Below are positions 25,739-37,861 of a DNA stretch of 64,000 nt, piece by piece. The stretch comes from Moniliella sp. 'wahieum'. Its lineage: Eukaryota. The translations under genes were made by a program, and so were the position numbers. Numbering within the stretch: the first letter of the stretch is position 1; every line of letters begins with the position of its first letter. The stretch spans positions 124,001 to 188,000 of the forward strand of contig RSEE01000004.1 of NCBI GenBank assembly GCA_003971905.1. The letters are read 5' to 3'. The notes below the pieces were generated by a model, which saw only the letters and a program-made list of their open reading frames with translations, was not told where the DNA came from and made no database searches.

Positions 25739-26077
25739 AACGGTGGCGAGACGAGATGCTGCTGTCGTCTGATCGGAATTTCCCCCTTTCCATGCCAATG
25801 CTACATGCCATGCTCTCCTGTCTCCCACGCGGGGTTGGTGATGAGCGGTTCTGCCCCCATCAAGTTGGGAAAAAAGGGGGTCATGTAGGCTCAAGTAACG
25901 AGGTGAACCGGGCACGGCGGGTCTGTCCAGGGAGATGAATGCTAGTGAAGACAAAGCCATCCATGGGACGATGAGCTCCAACACGAGGTAAGCGAGAAAA
26001 GGGATACAATTTAAGGGGAAGAAAGGGGAGGAGAGGAAATAGACAACTGCCCGAGACGCCTGTGTACAGCATGACCA

Positions 26078-27767
26078 TCAGAGCCGTTTCAACGGACTCT
26101 TACCACCATCCAAAAACCGCTCCATGTTCCATGGCCCCGACACGCGCGCAACGTGTGTGACCGGGACGACGCGGAACCAGGTTCGATGGCGTAGGGAAGG
26201 CCCGCTACTTGGTTCCACCACGGTTCGCTTGCGTCGAACCCGAGACAGAGAAGAACGAATCGTGATGCAGCGGCGAGGGGGGGAAAGGAGTGTCCGAGGG
26301 GATGAGGGTACGCTCTTTGGCAAGTTGGGAGAAGAGGAACATGGTATGTCGTGCCGCCGACTCGAGCAAAGGCTGGCTCGCATGGCCTGTGCGCAGGAGA
26401 ATCGCCGCGTTCACCTGCTCGGCGAGAGCAATGCGCCGACGATGGTCGAGGTACCTGTGAGCCGGGCTGTTCTTCGGGTCAGGGTAGGCCAGGAGCACCG
26501 AGACATTCTCAATTCGCGAAGGTAGCTAGCCTTGGCTTTGACGTCGTCCAGGCGCTGACAGGAGGCATGAACGTTCTGGATGTAGCGCAGCGCATCATGA
26601 ATCGCATTGTTCCGTGCCCGCGCTGCTGCTGCCTCGGGCCCAGACAGATTGTGACTTGGCCCCGCGGAGCCGGCGGCGACATGGCCACTCGGTGTAAGAC
26701 TCAATGCGCTCTCGCTGCTTGCCACACTCGAGGGGGCCGGTGAGGTAGCTCGGCTGCCCGTTCGAGATCCCGATGAACGTAAAGCCGAGGAAAGCGGATG
26801 GGAATGGTGCAGAGCCGATGGAGAAAGGTGCTAGTCGGGTCAAGCGGACTGGTTGACCCGTTCCCCGCGCTGTTCCCAGCTGCGTTGTGGTACTAGCACC
26901 TGCTGGGGCGGGGTTGGGCTGAAGGCTGCTAGCGCGCGGCGGATCGTCTCGATAAACTGCTGAATGTGAAGGTTAAGCTCAATATGGGCTGGATCAAGAC
27001 TGGTGGGGTACGAAGGTAGGGCAGGCTGCCCAGACTTGGCCTTGGCCGACGGCTCTGCGGTCGGAGGGTGCTTCGATCGTCCGGAGCGCCGTCCTTGTTG
27101 AGGCTGCTGATGAGAACGCCAGGAAAGAAGGAATTGATGCTCTCCATGGCAGCCTGGATATTGCCTTGGTGGATAAAGTCTTTGATTTCTGTGAGACAGA
27201 GAAGACGGGAAACGGCGACAGATAAGGCTGGTTAGTGGCGGGGCCGGCGGGAGAGGCGGGGAAGGGAGGACTCACGTCGCCTGTACAGCAAGGCTGTCAT
27301 CTCCTCAGGGGTCAGGTCGGTGCCCTGCACGGCAGCTGTGGTAGCGTCAATCTTGGCCTGTAACGCGGGGTCGGGACAGGCGGCTGACGTGGGATCGGGG
27401 GCGGCGTGGGACGTGGCCAGCGGGTGGCGTGGACGGTCGGACGTGGCGGCGGCGGGACGAGACCGCTTGGCGTGAGATGTGGCTCGGCCGAGACGGCGGA
27501 GGCGTCCTGGTGCACGCCGGCGCGAGCGAATGCAACGGCGGTGTCGCATAGGACTGGTGCACAAGATAGTCCATCACGAGGCGGCGCAGCGCAGTGGGGC
27601 TCAGCACAGCATCGGGCGTGGTGGAGGCGGGGACGGGGGCAGAGGCAGAGGCAGAAGCAGCGGCAGGCCGAGGCAGAGGCCGAGGCAGAGGCCGAGGCAG
27701 AGGCCGGGAGCGTGGTGGGGGGCGCGTACGTGCGTGCGGACGACAAGGGGGGTGCTCGGGAGCTCAT
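26078..27767 (-). CDS. LisH-CTLH-CRA domain protein (GID/CTLH ubiquitin ligase subunit, Gid8/RanBPM-like without SPRY)
   Basis: LisH LRRLVMDYLVHQSY-DTAVAF, CTLH AMESINSFFPGVL and L(N)LHIQQFIETIR, CRA LLAYPDPKNSPAHRYLDHRRRIALAEQVNAAIL. Intron about 27189-27275. Confidence 0.85.
27638..27704 (-). repeat. Hexamer tandem repeat (GCCTCT/GCCTCG)n encoding an (Ala-Ser)n tract
   Basis: The + strand reads gcagaggcagaggcagaagcagcggcaggccgaggcagaggccgaggcagaggccgaggcagaggc. Confidence 0.8.
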
Positions 27768-28376
27768 GGCGATATTGGTGGTGGGGGCGGCTGGTGGCTG
27801 CCCGCTGGGGGAGGCGGGGGGAGCGGCCGGGCGGCGCTGGGGGAGCAGCTTGGGTCGGGTTGCGCACGCGCGGCACGGGGGGAGGGAGGGGCGGGCCAAC
27901 CCTAGCCGTGCTCGATGCGACGGGCCTGGTATCAGCAGCAGGTAGTCGTGCTGCAGCCGAGCGTTCCGGGGGGCGCGGCGCTCAGGCTGGGCGCTGAGGC
28001 AGCCAGGCATCTCTGCTGGCGCCCGCATCGAGTAGCCTAACCCTCTCTCCACCCGAAGGCACACCTGCTGGCTATCCGCACGGTCACAGGCGCCCATCTG
28101 GCGCGTCCATCGCCGCTCGGGTGGAATGGGCCTATCGAACGTCCAACGTCGATCTCTGCTCGGCAACAGCAGTGCTCACGTTCAGCGCTCCTCCCTCCCA
28201 CTCCCTCCCAGTACCCCCCCCCGCTTACGTCACGCGCGTCACGCGCCATGCCCTCGTGCATCGACCCAGCCAGGCGTCGCTGCGCCGCACGGCGCCAGTG
28301 TGCGGCAGGAGCGGCCATCGGCCCCATTCGGCCGGACAGCCGCTCCCAGCGCGCTGTCCACCACCACCTGCGGGCC

Positions 28377-29095
28377 ATGCAGACCATCAAGTGCGTCGTC
28401 GTCGGCGACGGTGCTGTCGGCAAGGTGTGTTGCTCCCCTGCTCCTTGTGCGCTGTGTGCCTGACCTCCCCCCTCCAGACATGCCTCCTCATCTCCTATAC
28501 CACCAACAAGTTCCCCCTGGACTACGTCCCAACCGTACGTCCTGCCCGCCCGCCCAGCTGCCTTTCCTGCCCCCCTCCCCTCTGACCCTGCCCCTGCCCT
28601 GCCCCCTCTCTCTGCACCCCCCAGGTCTTTGACAACTATGCTGTCACCGTCATGATTGGCGACGACCCGTACACCCTCGGGCTCTTTGACACCGCCGGAC
28701 AGGAAGACTACGACCGACTGCGCCCCCTGTCGTACCCGCAGACCGACGTTTTCTTGCTCTGCTTCAGCGTTACTTCGCCTGCCTCGTACGAGAACGTGAG
28801 GGAAAAATGGTATCCCGAAGTACGGCACCATTGCCCCGGTGTGCCATGCCTGGTGGTGGGCACGCAGATTGACTTGCGGGACGATGCGGCGGTGGTGGAC
28901 AAGCTGGAGCGGTCCAAGCAGCGCCCGCTGACCGCCGAACAGGGCGAGCGTTTGGCGCGCGAGCTAGGTGCGGTCAAGTACGTGGAATGCTCTGCCCTGA
29001 CCCAGAAGGGCCTCAAGAACGTATTTGACGAGGCCATTGTTGCTGCCCTGGAGCCACCGGTGGTGCGGAAAAAGTCCAAGTGCACCCTGTTCTAG
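28377..29095 (+). CDS. CDC42: Rho-family GTPase Cdc42; exons 28377-28424, 28478-28534 and 28625-29095
   Basis: [75 protein letters not shown]...VVGTQIDLR...[33 protein letters not shown], with two clean GT-AG introns. Confidence 0.98.
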
Positions 29096-29519
29096 TTGGG
29101 GACAGTCGTTTTGTCCCCCATGCCTCCCTAGCCCTGCGCTTCACGACCTTGCCCGCTCCCTTCCCCCGCATAATCCCTCTCGTGCAGCCGGCCCAGGTCG
29201 CCCTGGCCCTGCTCGTCCCGTCCGCCTAGAGTCGGACAAGTCAAGGCAGCAGGAGCGATGTCCCCCTGAGCCCACTCGTGTCTGACTGACTGACTGCGCC
29301 CTTTCTCCCCTCTTCACTCCACGCCACGCCACGCTCTGCCCGCTTCCGCTCCCATTCCTCTGCCTTGCCTTGCCTTGCCTCGACTCCCACTTGCCTCTCT
29401 TATTGCACTCTTCTCCCCTCCCTCCCCCCCCCCTCTCCTCCCCATTCCTCCTCCTGCCTTCTCTCACCCCCATGTACGGTCCGCCTACATATTTTCTTTA
29501 TCTTGTGCCCTGTGCATGT

Positions 29520-32500
29520 CATCTCCATAGCTCTGCTCCAGCCCAAGATGGTGGGGACCCAAGACAACAACCTTGTCTCTTGCTCCCTCGAGTCCTCATT
29601 CCGCCGCACCAGCCACCCGAAGCGCTGGAGCAAACACCGAGTCCACCCCCGTAGCGGAAATGGTTGGCACAGGCAGGGCCACTGGCTCTCGTCCGAATCC
29701 GACGCCTTGCCCACTGTCCAGGCAGGTGCAACACAGTGAGCAAAATCGGGACCGGTTCGGGCCACTGAGCCCGGTCGGGCGTCGCGACGCAGGCCACGTC
29801 GAAGCGAGTGTGGGTGTGGGGAGCAAGGGTGCTGGCCTTGGATTTGCGGGCCAGCAAGCGCGACAGCCGAGGGCGCCAGGGGGACAGTGGAAGTGGAAGG
29901 CGTGCGTTCGGGGTCGTGGTGCGGGCTGGTACGCGCCTGGAGCACCAGTTCCGAAGCGAGGGCGGAGGAGGTTGTGCACCACCACCTTGCCTCGACACGA
30001 ACGCGCGTCGGGCGCCGTGTGGGACAAGACGGTAGCAAACACCGGAGGCACAGGCGCCAAGGCAAAGCTCAAGTCCAGCAAGCCCCTTTGCTCTGTCTCG
30101 GTGCCCTCGGGCCGTTTCCACCCGACCTGCACTTGGACGGTGCGGCTGTCGGGGGTGGCCTGGGCGCTGTCCAGGTGCTGGACCAGGACGACCACGACCA
30201 CCTTCGCTTCGTCCCCGCCCTGCCAGGACGTATTAAGGACACCCTGCTCCGACCACCTTGGCCTCGCGCACAACGCCCTCCTGGGGCCAGGGCACAACGT
30301 CAGACGAGTAAGCACGATCGGGTGGGCTTGGTGAAACTGCAACGACAGGCGCACGTCGCACCGCACACACACCATTGTCCCAACCACCTCGGGCCGTTGC
30401 CGATCGACCTTGGCCGACGGGAAAACGGTTGTTCGACCGCCACGTCAAAGAAGGTCGTGTGCGTGCCGGCGGCCGGACTGGGCGGGGAGACGGGCTGCGT
30501 ACCGCCGACGGGTGCTGGAGGGTTGCGAAAGAATTTGGATCGACAGCTTCCTCTGTACGCCGGGCAATGACGTGATCCGCAGCAAGGCACTCAGTTCTAC
30601 CCGCATTTCGGGCGGGACCGTACCGACAAACCATAGGGCCGGTGTTGTATCAGGGACAGGGTGCGTCGGATGGTCCGGTGGGCCAAGCAAGTCGAGGTGG
30701 TCTGGCTCGTGCTGCCGAGTGCTGCGGTGCGGGGATGAAGTGCCTCGAGCGCGCACCATACGTCCATTGGCTCCGGCTCGTGGTTGGTCACTACAACCGG
30801 TAGCGTGAGTTGCTCATTGAGATAGGCCACCGTTTCCTCCGCCGACTCGGCCTGGACTTTATACTCGGGCGCCGTGACGAGGAGGTAATTAGGGTGCGTG
30901 ACACGGAACGGTAGACGCAGTGGGCCCGAGGCCGTAAGCCAAGCAGGTTGAGTCCCCTGGCTCAAGGTGCCCGGCGGCAAGAGCGGCCGTTGTGCGACGG
31001 GCGGGAGAGGGTACAATGTCACACCTCCCATCGAAGGTTCGACTTGACGCGCAGCTCGAGTCAGGGGCAAGACAAAACGCAGTGAACTGCCCACGTCGAG
31101 TTCGACCTGGGAGATGCTAAGATGACTCGGGCGAGAGGTGCGAAGGGGAAATTGCAAGACAATCGGTTTGGTCGGCGAGAGAACCAGCGGTGCCTCTTGG
31201 TTGCAAACAGCATCGTCCTTGACCAGGTCAAGTGAGATCAGACCTGCTTCAGGCACGGGGGTGTCTGCATGGGTAAGAACCAAAATAGGCTGGTCACCAC
31301 CTAAACACGGGGTGCCATCCTCCTCTTCGGCTGAGAGATAGATACGGGCGGTAGTGATGGGCAAGGACCTGTATTCCTGCACCACGGATGTGGGCGGATA
31401 GTTCCATTGCAATCGAATCTGCACCAATGCCTCCCCCAAAGCCGGGAGGAAAGTCGGGCCAAAAACGGCACTAGCCGTAATCAGTCCTGTTTCCGGTCCC
31501 ATTGCCAGTTTCAGCGGCTCCACCGGGGCCTGCAAAAGCTCTTGGGCTCGGTCCCAGGAAGGTGGATCAAAGCTCAGGGTGAGCGAGCGGAACAAATACT
31601 CGACTTCACCGAGTGTCCTCCGTCGACGCGCGCAATCGGCCGCCATACGATAGAGGTTCAGGAGCATGGGAGGAAAGGCTCGGAGCTCCGGGTCCTCATA
31701 GGCGCCACTAACCCTCGTCGACCAAAATGCGTTGGGTCTCGGTGTAAAACCCATTTTCGTAGGTGGCTGAGGCAAAACGGTACTGCACAAAGAGCGCCAT
31801 CCGCTTGTCCCCCGCCGCATCGAACGCGGCACGGGCCATTTTAAAGATCTGACAGGTTCATCGGGAACAGTTAGTCATGCTAGACCAAATGAAAGCGGAG
31901 GGTGAAACGTACATCGGTCAGGAGTCCCAGATGATCGACGGTAGCTTCGTGGGCAACAGCAGGGTGGGTGTCCTCTTTGTCCCCTTGCTCCTTGACGTAG
32001 CGATAATACCTCCGTACCCGCTCGGCTACGCACAAGGCCGAGTTATAATACAGATACCCGGCGTGTGGCGGAAGAGTGAAGAGGGGAATGGATCCCTCGG
32101 CTGCGCGCAGGCGCCGAAGGCTGCCGTAACATCCAATTGCAGCAGGAGGATGGAGTGAGGCTGAGATGGTAGATGGAAGCAAGTTGGACGGCAGCGGGGG
32201 TGCATGGCTTGGAGGTACCAGGGGCAAGGGATTGCCCGACCTTCCATCGGTTGCAGCAGCAATCAAGTCGGCCAACAATCGATCTTGCTTGGCCCGCCAG
32301 GACCAGTACTCAAACGTCGTATCTCCAATGCCCCATCCGGACGACAAGTCAGAGAAGCGCTGAATGTGTCGATGGAAACGGGTCATGGCGATCGCCAGTG
32401 GGCTTGCATTCGGCATGGTGCGCGTCACCGCTGCGTGGCTGGCCTGCACCACATATTGGTACAACAGCAGCCGGATCACGCGCACATTTAGTGTATCGGC

Positions 32501-33912
32501 TAGCATCTTGGCTTCCGCCCACCGTTTCGTCCGCGGGGGAAAGTCGACAGTTGAACCCATGCATGCTGGGCTGGAGGGTATCGTACTCCGTGTAGTGCTG
32601 TAGCGCTGCCTCCCAATCGCCAGCCATCTCGGAAAACACGCCCAGTTTGAATTCAAGACGAACATGCCAGCCTTCGCGGCCGAGGGGATGCGGTTCCGGG
32701 ATGCCAGCAGGCAGCGCTACTGACGTCGTCACCGCTGGGCTCTGGCCGTCTGCGGCAGCCGTCTCGATGGCAGCAGGTTCCAGACCATTCGCATAGGTGT
32801 ACTGCCACTCTACGGCTGCCGCCACAGGAGCCCAAACAGAGGGGGTAGGCGGGTAGCGTGCGCGCTTGCGCCGCGTTGCGCGCACATGTTCACGGTAGTA
32901 GTCCAAGGCAAACTCGAATTGGGCTGCCTCGAGTTTGACCACAAAACTGTGAGCGGCGTCAACCTGCGCTTGGACCAGAGCTTGCTCGGCGGCCTCTGAA
33001 CTAGCTGCCTCGCCCGCCCCGCGGGAGGGGGTGGGGCAGGCTCAGGCGTAATGAGATATACGGACGCCTTTTGGTCCAAGTTGGCGTTGCGGCGAATGTA
33101 TGCCACACGGGCCTCGATCATCGGGTCGCGCACCATGTCGGCAGAGGTGATGAGCACGGCACAGAGGCGAATCCCGCGCTCGGCCAACACTGTACGGGCG
33201 CGGGCCAGAAACACAATAACCTTCTCGTCGGCCTGCTTGAGTGCCAAGAGCATCGCCTCTTCCGTGTCTCCGTCGACCAGGAGCACCTCCGGGCCTGCAG
33301 GGTCTGGCGTAAGAGAGCCCGGAAAGCGAAACCTTCCGTGGGGCTGGGACAGAGCAATGAAACAGTAAACACAGCGGGAACCTGCTCTCGATGCTTGCGC
33401 ACCCAAAGTGGGGAGATGATGCCATCTGGGAAAAGCGGGCTAGACGGGTGGAGCGGCGAGAGGGGAGAGCGGGCGGGAAGTCGGGCAAGCGCGGCCTCGG
33501 CTGCCTTGTGCACGGCATGTGCCGTTTCTGGAGTGAGAGAAGCGGCGGAAGGCGCAGTGGGTGGACGAGGCGCAAGGCCGACACGGACCTTGCGGGGCGG
33601 AAGGCGCACAGGCGGGAGTGCAAGCGGAGGGCGCTGCGCGTGGGCGCCGGCCGCTTTCGGTGGAGGAGGGGGCGGCTGGGGCGGCGGGTCAACGAGCACA
33701 GCATGGAAAGCGGGGGAGACGGGTTTGTTGAGCTGTACGTGGGGGTCCCATCTTGTGCGGCGACCGGGCGCAACAGGCGACGCGCAACGCCGCACACAGC
33801 CCAGGGAAGACGTCGGATGGAGGCACGAGGCCCGGGGCCGCAGGCGCACGCAAGCCGGAGACGTGGATGCAGGGTAGTACTGCTCCACGAGCTCTCCGGG
33901 GACGCTGTTCAT
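29520..33912 (-). CDS. TRAPPC11: TRAPPC11 (foie gras/gryzun family) trafficking protein; 3' end approximate
   Basis: MNSVPGELVEQYYPCIHVSGL, SPLSPLHPSSPLFPDGIISPLWVRKHREQVPAVF, ALDYYREHVRATRRKR, GWHVRLEFKLGVFSE, RWAEAKMLADTLN, WGIGDTTFEYWSWRAKQ and HAGYLYY. Confidence 0.9.
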
Positions 33913-34166
33913 GCTGGCGACGACGTCGGGGGCGGGGGGCGAGAAGGGCGGAGAAGGGGGCGAGAGGGGGAGAGAGGGCGCAGGTGGTGGAGGGGCTGGG
34001 GGAGCGGAGGCGCAGCGCGGGTGGATGGAGCGACGCTGGCTGGCGTGCTGGCCAACTTGACGTGCAAGCTGCACGCAGCCGCCAGCAGGCCATCCTTCAA
34101 GCTTACCACCCGTGGCGCCCACCCCAGCGGCCACGGCAAATGTTCAACCTGCTCTTTCCTCGCCGT

Positions 34167-34281
34167 GTCACGTGAAAGTGTGCCGGCATATCACACCTGA
34201 GTCACGCGGCCTCTGAGCTCTGGATCTGGGCCGAGAGACGCGTGACGCGTGACGCGTGACGCGTGACGCGTGTTTTATTGG
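34167..34281. promoter_or_regulatory. Motif cluster in the divergent TRAPPC11/Sel1-gene promoter: GTCACGTGA (34167-34175), TGAGTCA (34198-34204), 5x ACGCGT (34238-34271), ATTGG (34277-34281)
   Basis: Motifs read directly from the sequence. They match the yeast Cbf1/E-box, Gcn4/AP-1, MCB and reverse CCAAT consensus sites. Function is inferred. Confidence 0.5.
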
Positions 34282-34676
34282 TCACCACTGCGTACTGACT
34301 CCAACCGCTCGGACACTCCGCAGTAGGGTTGGGCGATCGATGATCGTTTGGCACGCGCATGGATGCGGCGCACGGGGCCACTGGGTGGGCCGCGGCGCAG
34401 GCGGCTGGGCGCGTGTTCGGGCTGACGCGGCATGCGACACTGGCCACGTGCCCGTGCGCACGCCAAGGCGCGGGGCGGGCGTGGTGCCTGGGCGCAGCAC
34501 GGGGGCCGCTGGGCCGGCGGCCATGTCCCCCCGAGCATCTCCCGCCCACGCCCCGACAGCCCCGGCGCGCAGGCTACGTAGCAAAACCAGGCAGCTGTGC
34601 ATGCCGCTCCAGCCGCTAGCACACCTCCTCCTCCGTCTCCTTCTCCTTCTCCTGCTCTCCTGCTTGCACCCACCCC

Positions 34677-35924
34677 ATGTCCGCTGTAGCCCAGTCTGTG
34701 CCTACGCCCCCTCGGGCCCAGCACCTGGAGCCAGCCCGACTCCATGCCGCTGAGCGTAGCAGATGCGCTGCAGCAGCCCCTCCACACGCCCCTCGTTGGC
34801 CCCGACGCTGCCGCACCAGCCCCTGTCGACCCGTTCCCCGTGCCCTCCTATGCGACGGATGTGTACATTGGCCAGTACGGCCCCCTCCCCCCCGGCATCC
34901 TGCCCACCAGCCGCAGGGCCCGTGCGATTGCGGACCACGATGGACGGGAGAGCATGGTATCGGACCTGGATGTAGAGACCCTCCGCCTCGATGGCAGCAG
35001 CATTTCCACCCGCTCTCGGTCCAGTCGCTGGAGTGCGGCAGCCTCGTCGTCCATACTAAGCAATACTGGCTCCCCTGAATCGGGTGGCAGCTTTTCCGTT
35101 CCGATCGAAGGGGTGAGCAGGGTCCAGGTCCGACCTCCCGGTACATCTGGTGCCCCTGGTGCCCCCTCGGGCCGACAACATGCCACGCCCAGCATTGCTA
35201 CCGACGCCCAAACCCTCTACACGGCCAAGAGTCATTTCAGCGACACTTCCTCTGGATTGAGGAGTACCAAGTCGACCAAAGCCCGCACCGCTCGCTCCCG
35301 CAACGAGACCCCGATTGACAAGACTGGCCCCATACAGGCCGAGGCGTACTTGAGTCAAGGACTCGCCTACCACGAGCAAGGCGATATGGCCCGTGCTGCA
35401 TTTTACTTCGAACGCAGTGCCAAGGTCGAAGGCGGATGTGTGGTGGGCATGTGCATGTGGGGCTTGACCTTGCGGGAAGGCTGGGGTGCCCGCAAAGATC
35501 CCAAACGCGGATTCGAGTGGATTCAATTGGCTGCAGCACGGTCAGGGGAGATGTCCAATCGGCCAGGCGTGGGCGATGCAGAACTCAAGGCGATTCGAGT
35601 ATGTTGTTTGTTGCCTTCTCGGCATGTGTTTTTTGGCACTAACATCTCGTTCCAGTCTGAACTCAAGTTGGCGGTGTATGAGCTGGGCAAGTGCCATTGC
35701 TATGGTTGGGGAACGAGGAAAGATCCCCAAAACGCACTTGGCTATTTTGAACTGGCAGCCAAGTTAGGCGACATGGATGCCCAAGCCGAAGCTGGAGCAT
35801 TGTACTTGTCAGGCAAGGGTGCAAGAAGGACCCGAAGAAGGCAGCCATGTACTACCGCATGGCCACCAAACAGGGCTTTGACCCAGTTGGCTTGTCCTGG
35901 ATCTGGAAAGACAAGTACAACTGA
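34677..35924 (+). CDS. Sel1-like repeat protein (Dsf2/Nif1-like); start approximate
   Basis: AEAYLSQGLAYHEQGDMARAAFYFERSA, MWGLTLREGWGARKDPKRGFEWI, AVYELGKCHCYGWGTRKD and LGDMDAQAEAG. Frameshifted end KAAMYYRMATKQGFDPVGLSWIWKDKYN*. Intron about 35599-35656. Confidence 0.85.
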
Positions 35925-36529
35925 TTTTAGTATTTGCGCCGCCTCATGCACCCTGCACCTTTCATTCCCCCTCTCCTCCCCTCTGCCGCACGATTCGCTT
36001 GCTGAGCTACCAAGCCAACCCTTCTCTCATTTACCAGCACACCTTACCACGCTTACTACGAGCTTTCAAGCCTCGGTCCCGCTCCTTTGCTAGTGCTTCA
36101 AAAGCACGTCCTGACCGGTCCTTTTTGTAACTTTCTTCACTCCACTTCCATCCCCACACCTATCGGTGGGACCGCAATTGTCGATCTCTCGCAACCATAC
36201 TGTGTCACTGTTCTCTTATCCGCTCCTCGCTCTCTGTGACTTGGCGTCACTTGGGCGGCCGCCTAGGTGGCCATGATCCCAACAGGACGTAGTCTGAGCT
36301 ATTTCATATGTACTTTCACCTCGATTGACAAGGTAGCAATGACCTCCAGTTCAAGTAGAGCATGTCCCAGCGCCACCGCAGCCGAAAACAAGGTTCGCAT
36401 TGGGAGGGTAAATGGAGAATAAAAGTACATGCATGCAGGAGTGCTGGTTATTCAGAGAAGAGATCTGGGTGAAATGGGCGATAAGCGAAAGAAGATCCGA
36501 GAATGACCAAGCCGAGAAAAGTAACGTCC

Positions 36530-37088
36530 CTACTCCAGTCGCTCCACTGTAGGCAGAGCCGCCGCCCTATCTGTCAGTATCCCTCTTCCCAACACGGCAG
36601 CAGGAGACGCACGGTAGTCCAGTCGGTTGAGCACCGCACTCTTGCTTGTTTCCTCCACTTCCCCGGCGAGAAACCTCGTCCAGAATCGCATAGACCTTGT
36701 AAAAGTTGAAGACAAGGTCCAGCTCGCACACATTGCCAAAGAAGGCGTCTGTTCCACAGGTCAGGACGTGTGGGCCCATTCGCCTCGGCAACAAAGGCGG
36801 TGGGGACGTACCAAGGACTTCAACAAAGAAGTGGATGGCTTCTAGGTATGCCAACTCATTGTCGTTTCCGTCCACGCACACGCAGAAGAACAGGCCGGCG
36901 TACCGGCGGTAGACAATCTTGTGCGTGCGGAACTCGACAAAGTTGGACTGGCTCCGCGTATCGCGCGGGGCAACGAGACGATGGACCTCGGCCTGGACCT
37001 TGGGCTTTTCTTCATCGTCGTATGGCGCATACCATTTGACAAGACGCGCCTTGCCCTGCTTGTTTTGGACCAGGATAAAGCGAATCAT
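36530..37088 (-). CDS. APS2: AP-2 clathrin adaptor complex sigma subunit
   Basis: [103 protein letters not shown], with two short introns. Confidence 0.95.
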
Positions 37089-37861
37089 CCGCACGGGCGC
37101 AGCTGGCAATCAGGCGCCAGCAGATGGTGGTGGCTGCAGCACCTCGCCTGCGCGCAGGCGGCGCAGTAAGGGGTGGCGCACGTGATATTAGGTAAGGATG
37201 TGACAGCGGCAACCCCCATGCGGTAGGCATGGGTCGAAGCACAAGGAGGGAGCAGGTGACGACGAGGGGGTCGGTCGACCGCTTCGTTTGCAAGGTCCTG
37301 ATGTCGATGACGCCAATCCAATTTTCAGTGCAACAAGGAAATGAGGGGACGAGGAGCGGGCGGGAACGAGGGGCGACGCTATCGGGATTGCGGGCACGCG
37401 GTCGCAGAACGGAGCTTGCAGTTCCGCTTACCGGCGACTTGGGCCGATAGAGCCATGCCTAGCGGGAGTTTCAACATAATACCCCAGTCTGTCCCTAGCT
37501 GATGTATCCAATCCGTCTGCTTCTCTTTTCTCCATCTTACACTGTTTCCCCTTCTCGATCTCTTGTCCAGCAACGTCGGCCTATCGTGCACCGCCCTCCT
37601 TGGAGAGCTTGTATATGCATAAGGCAGTGGAGCATCCCACCGCCAGCGTATAACCCACTTTTGCTGAGAGCCTGCGCAGGCACCGTCGGAAATGCAGATC
37701 AATACATGCTTATAGGGAGATGGACAGAATCAAAGGACAACAACCAGTACATTACACTGTGAGATGCAACTCAAAACTGGAAGAAGGCAGGTACAGGCAC
37801 AAAAAGAGCGGATCGATATAGGAGAAGATATAGAATACAGAACCAGCCGCCATCCCTTCGG

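Noticed and set aside
28511..28534. CTG codon at the conserved Ser of Cdc42 FPS(E/D)YVPT, suggesting CUG-Ser reassignment
   Set aside because: CTG encodes invariant Leu elsewhere in the same gene (DRLRPLSY uses CTG twice). CCCCTG versus CCCTCG is also a plausible homopolymer error or a simple substitution.
29280..29470. (GACT)n, (CTTGC)n and poly-pyrimidine tracts after CDC42
   Set aside because: These are ordinary low-complexity 3'-UTR microsatellites.
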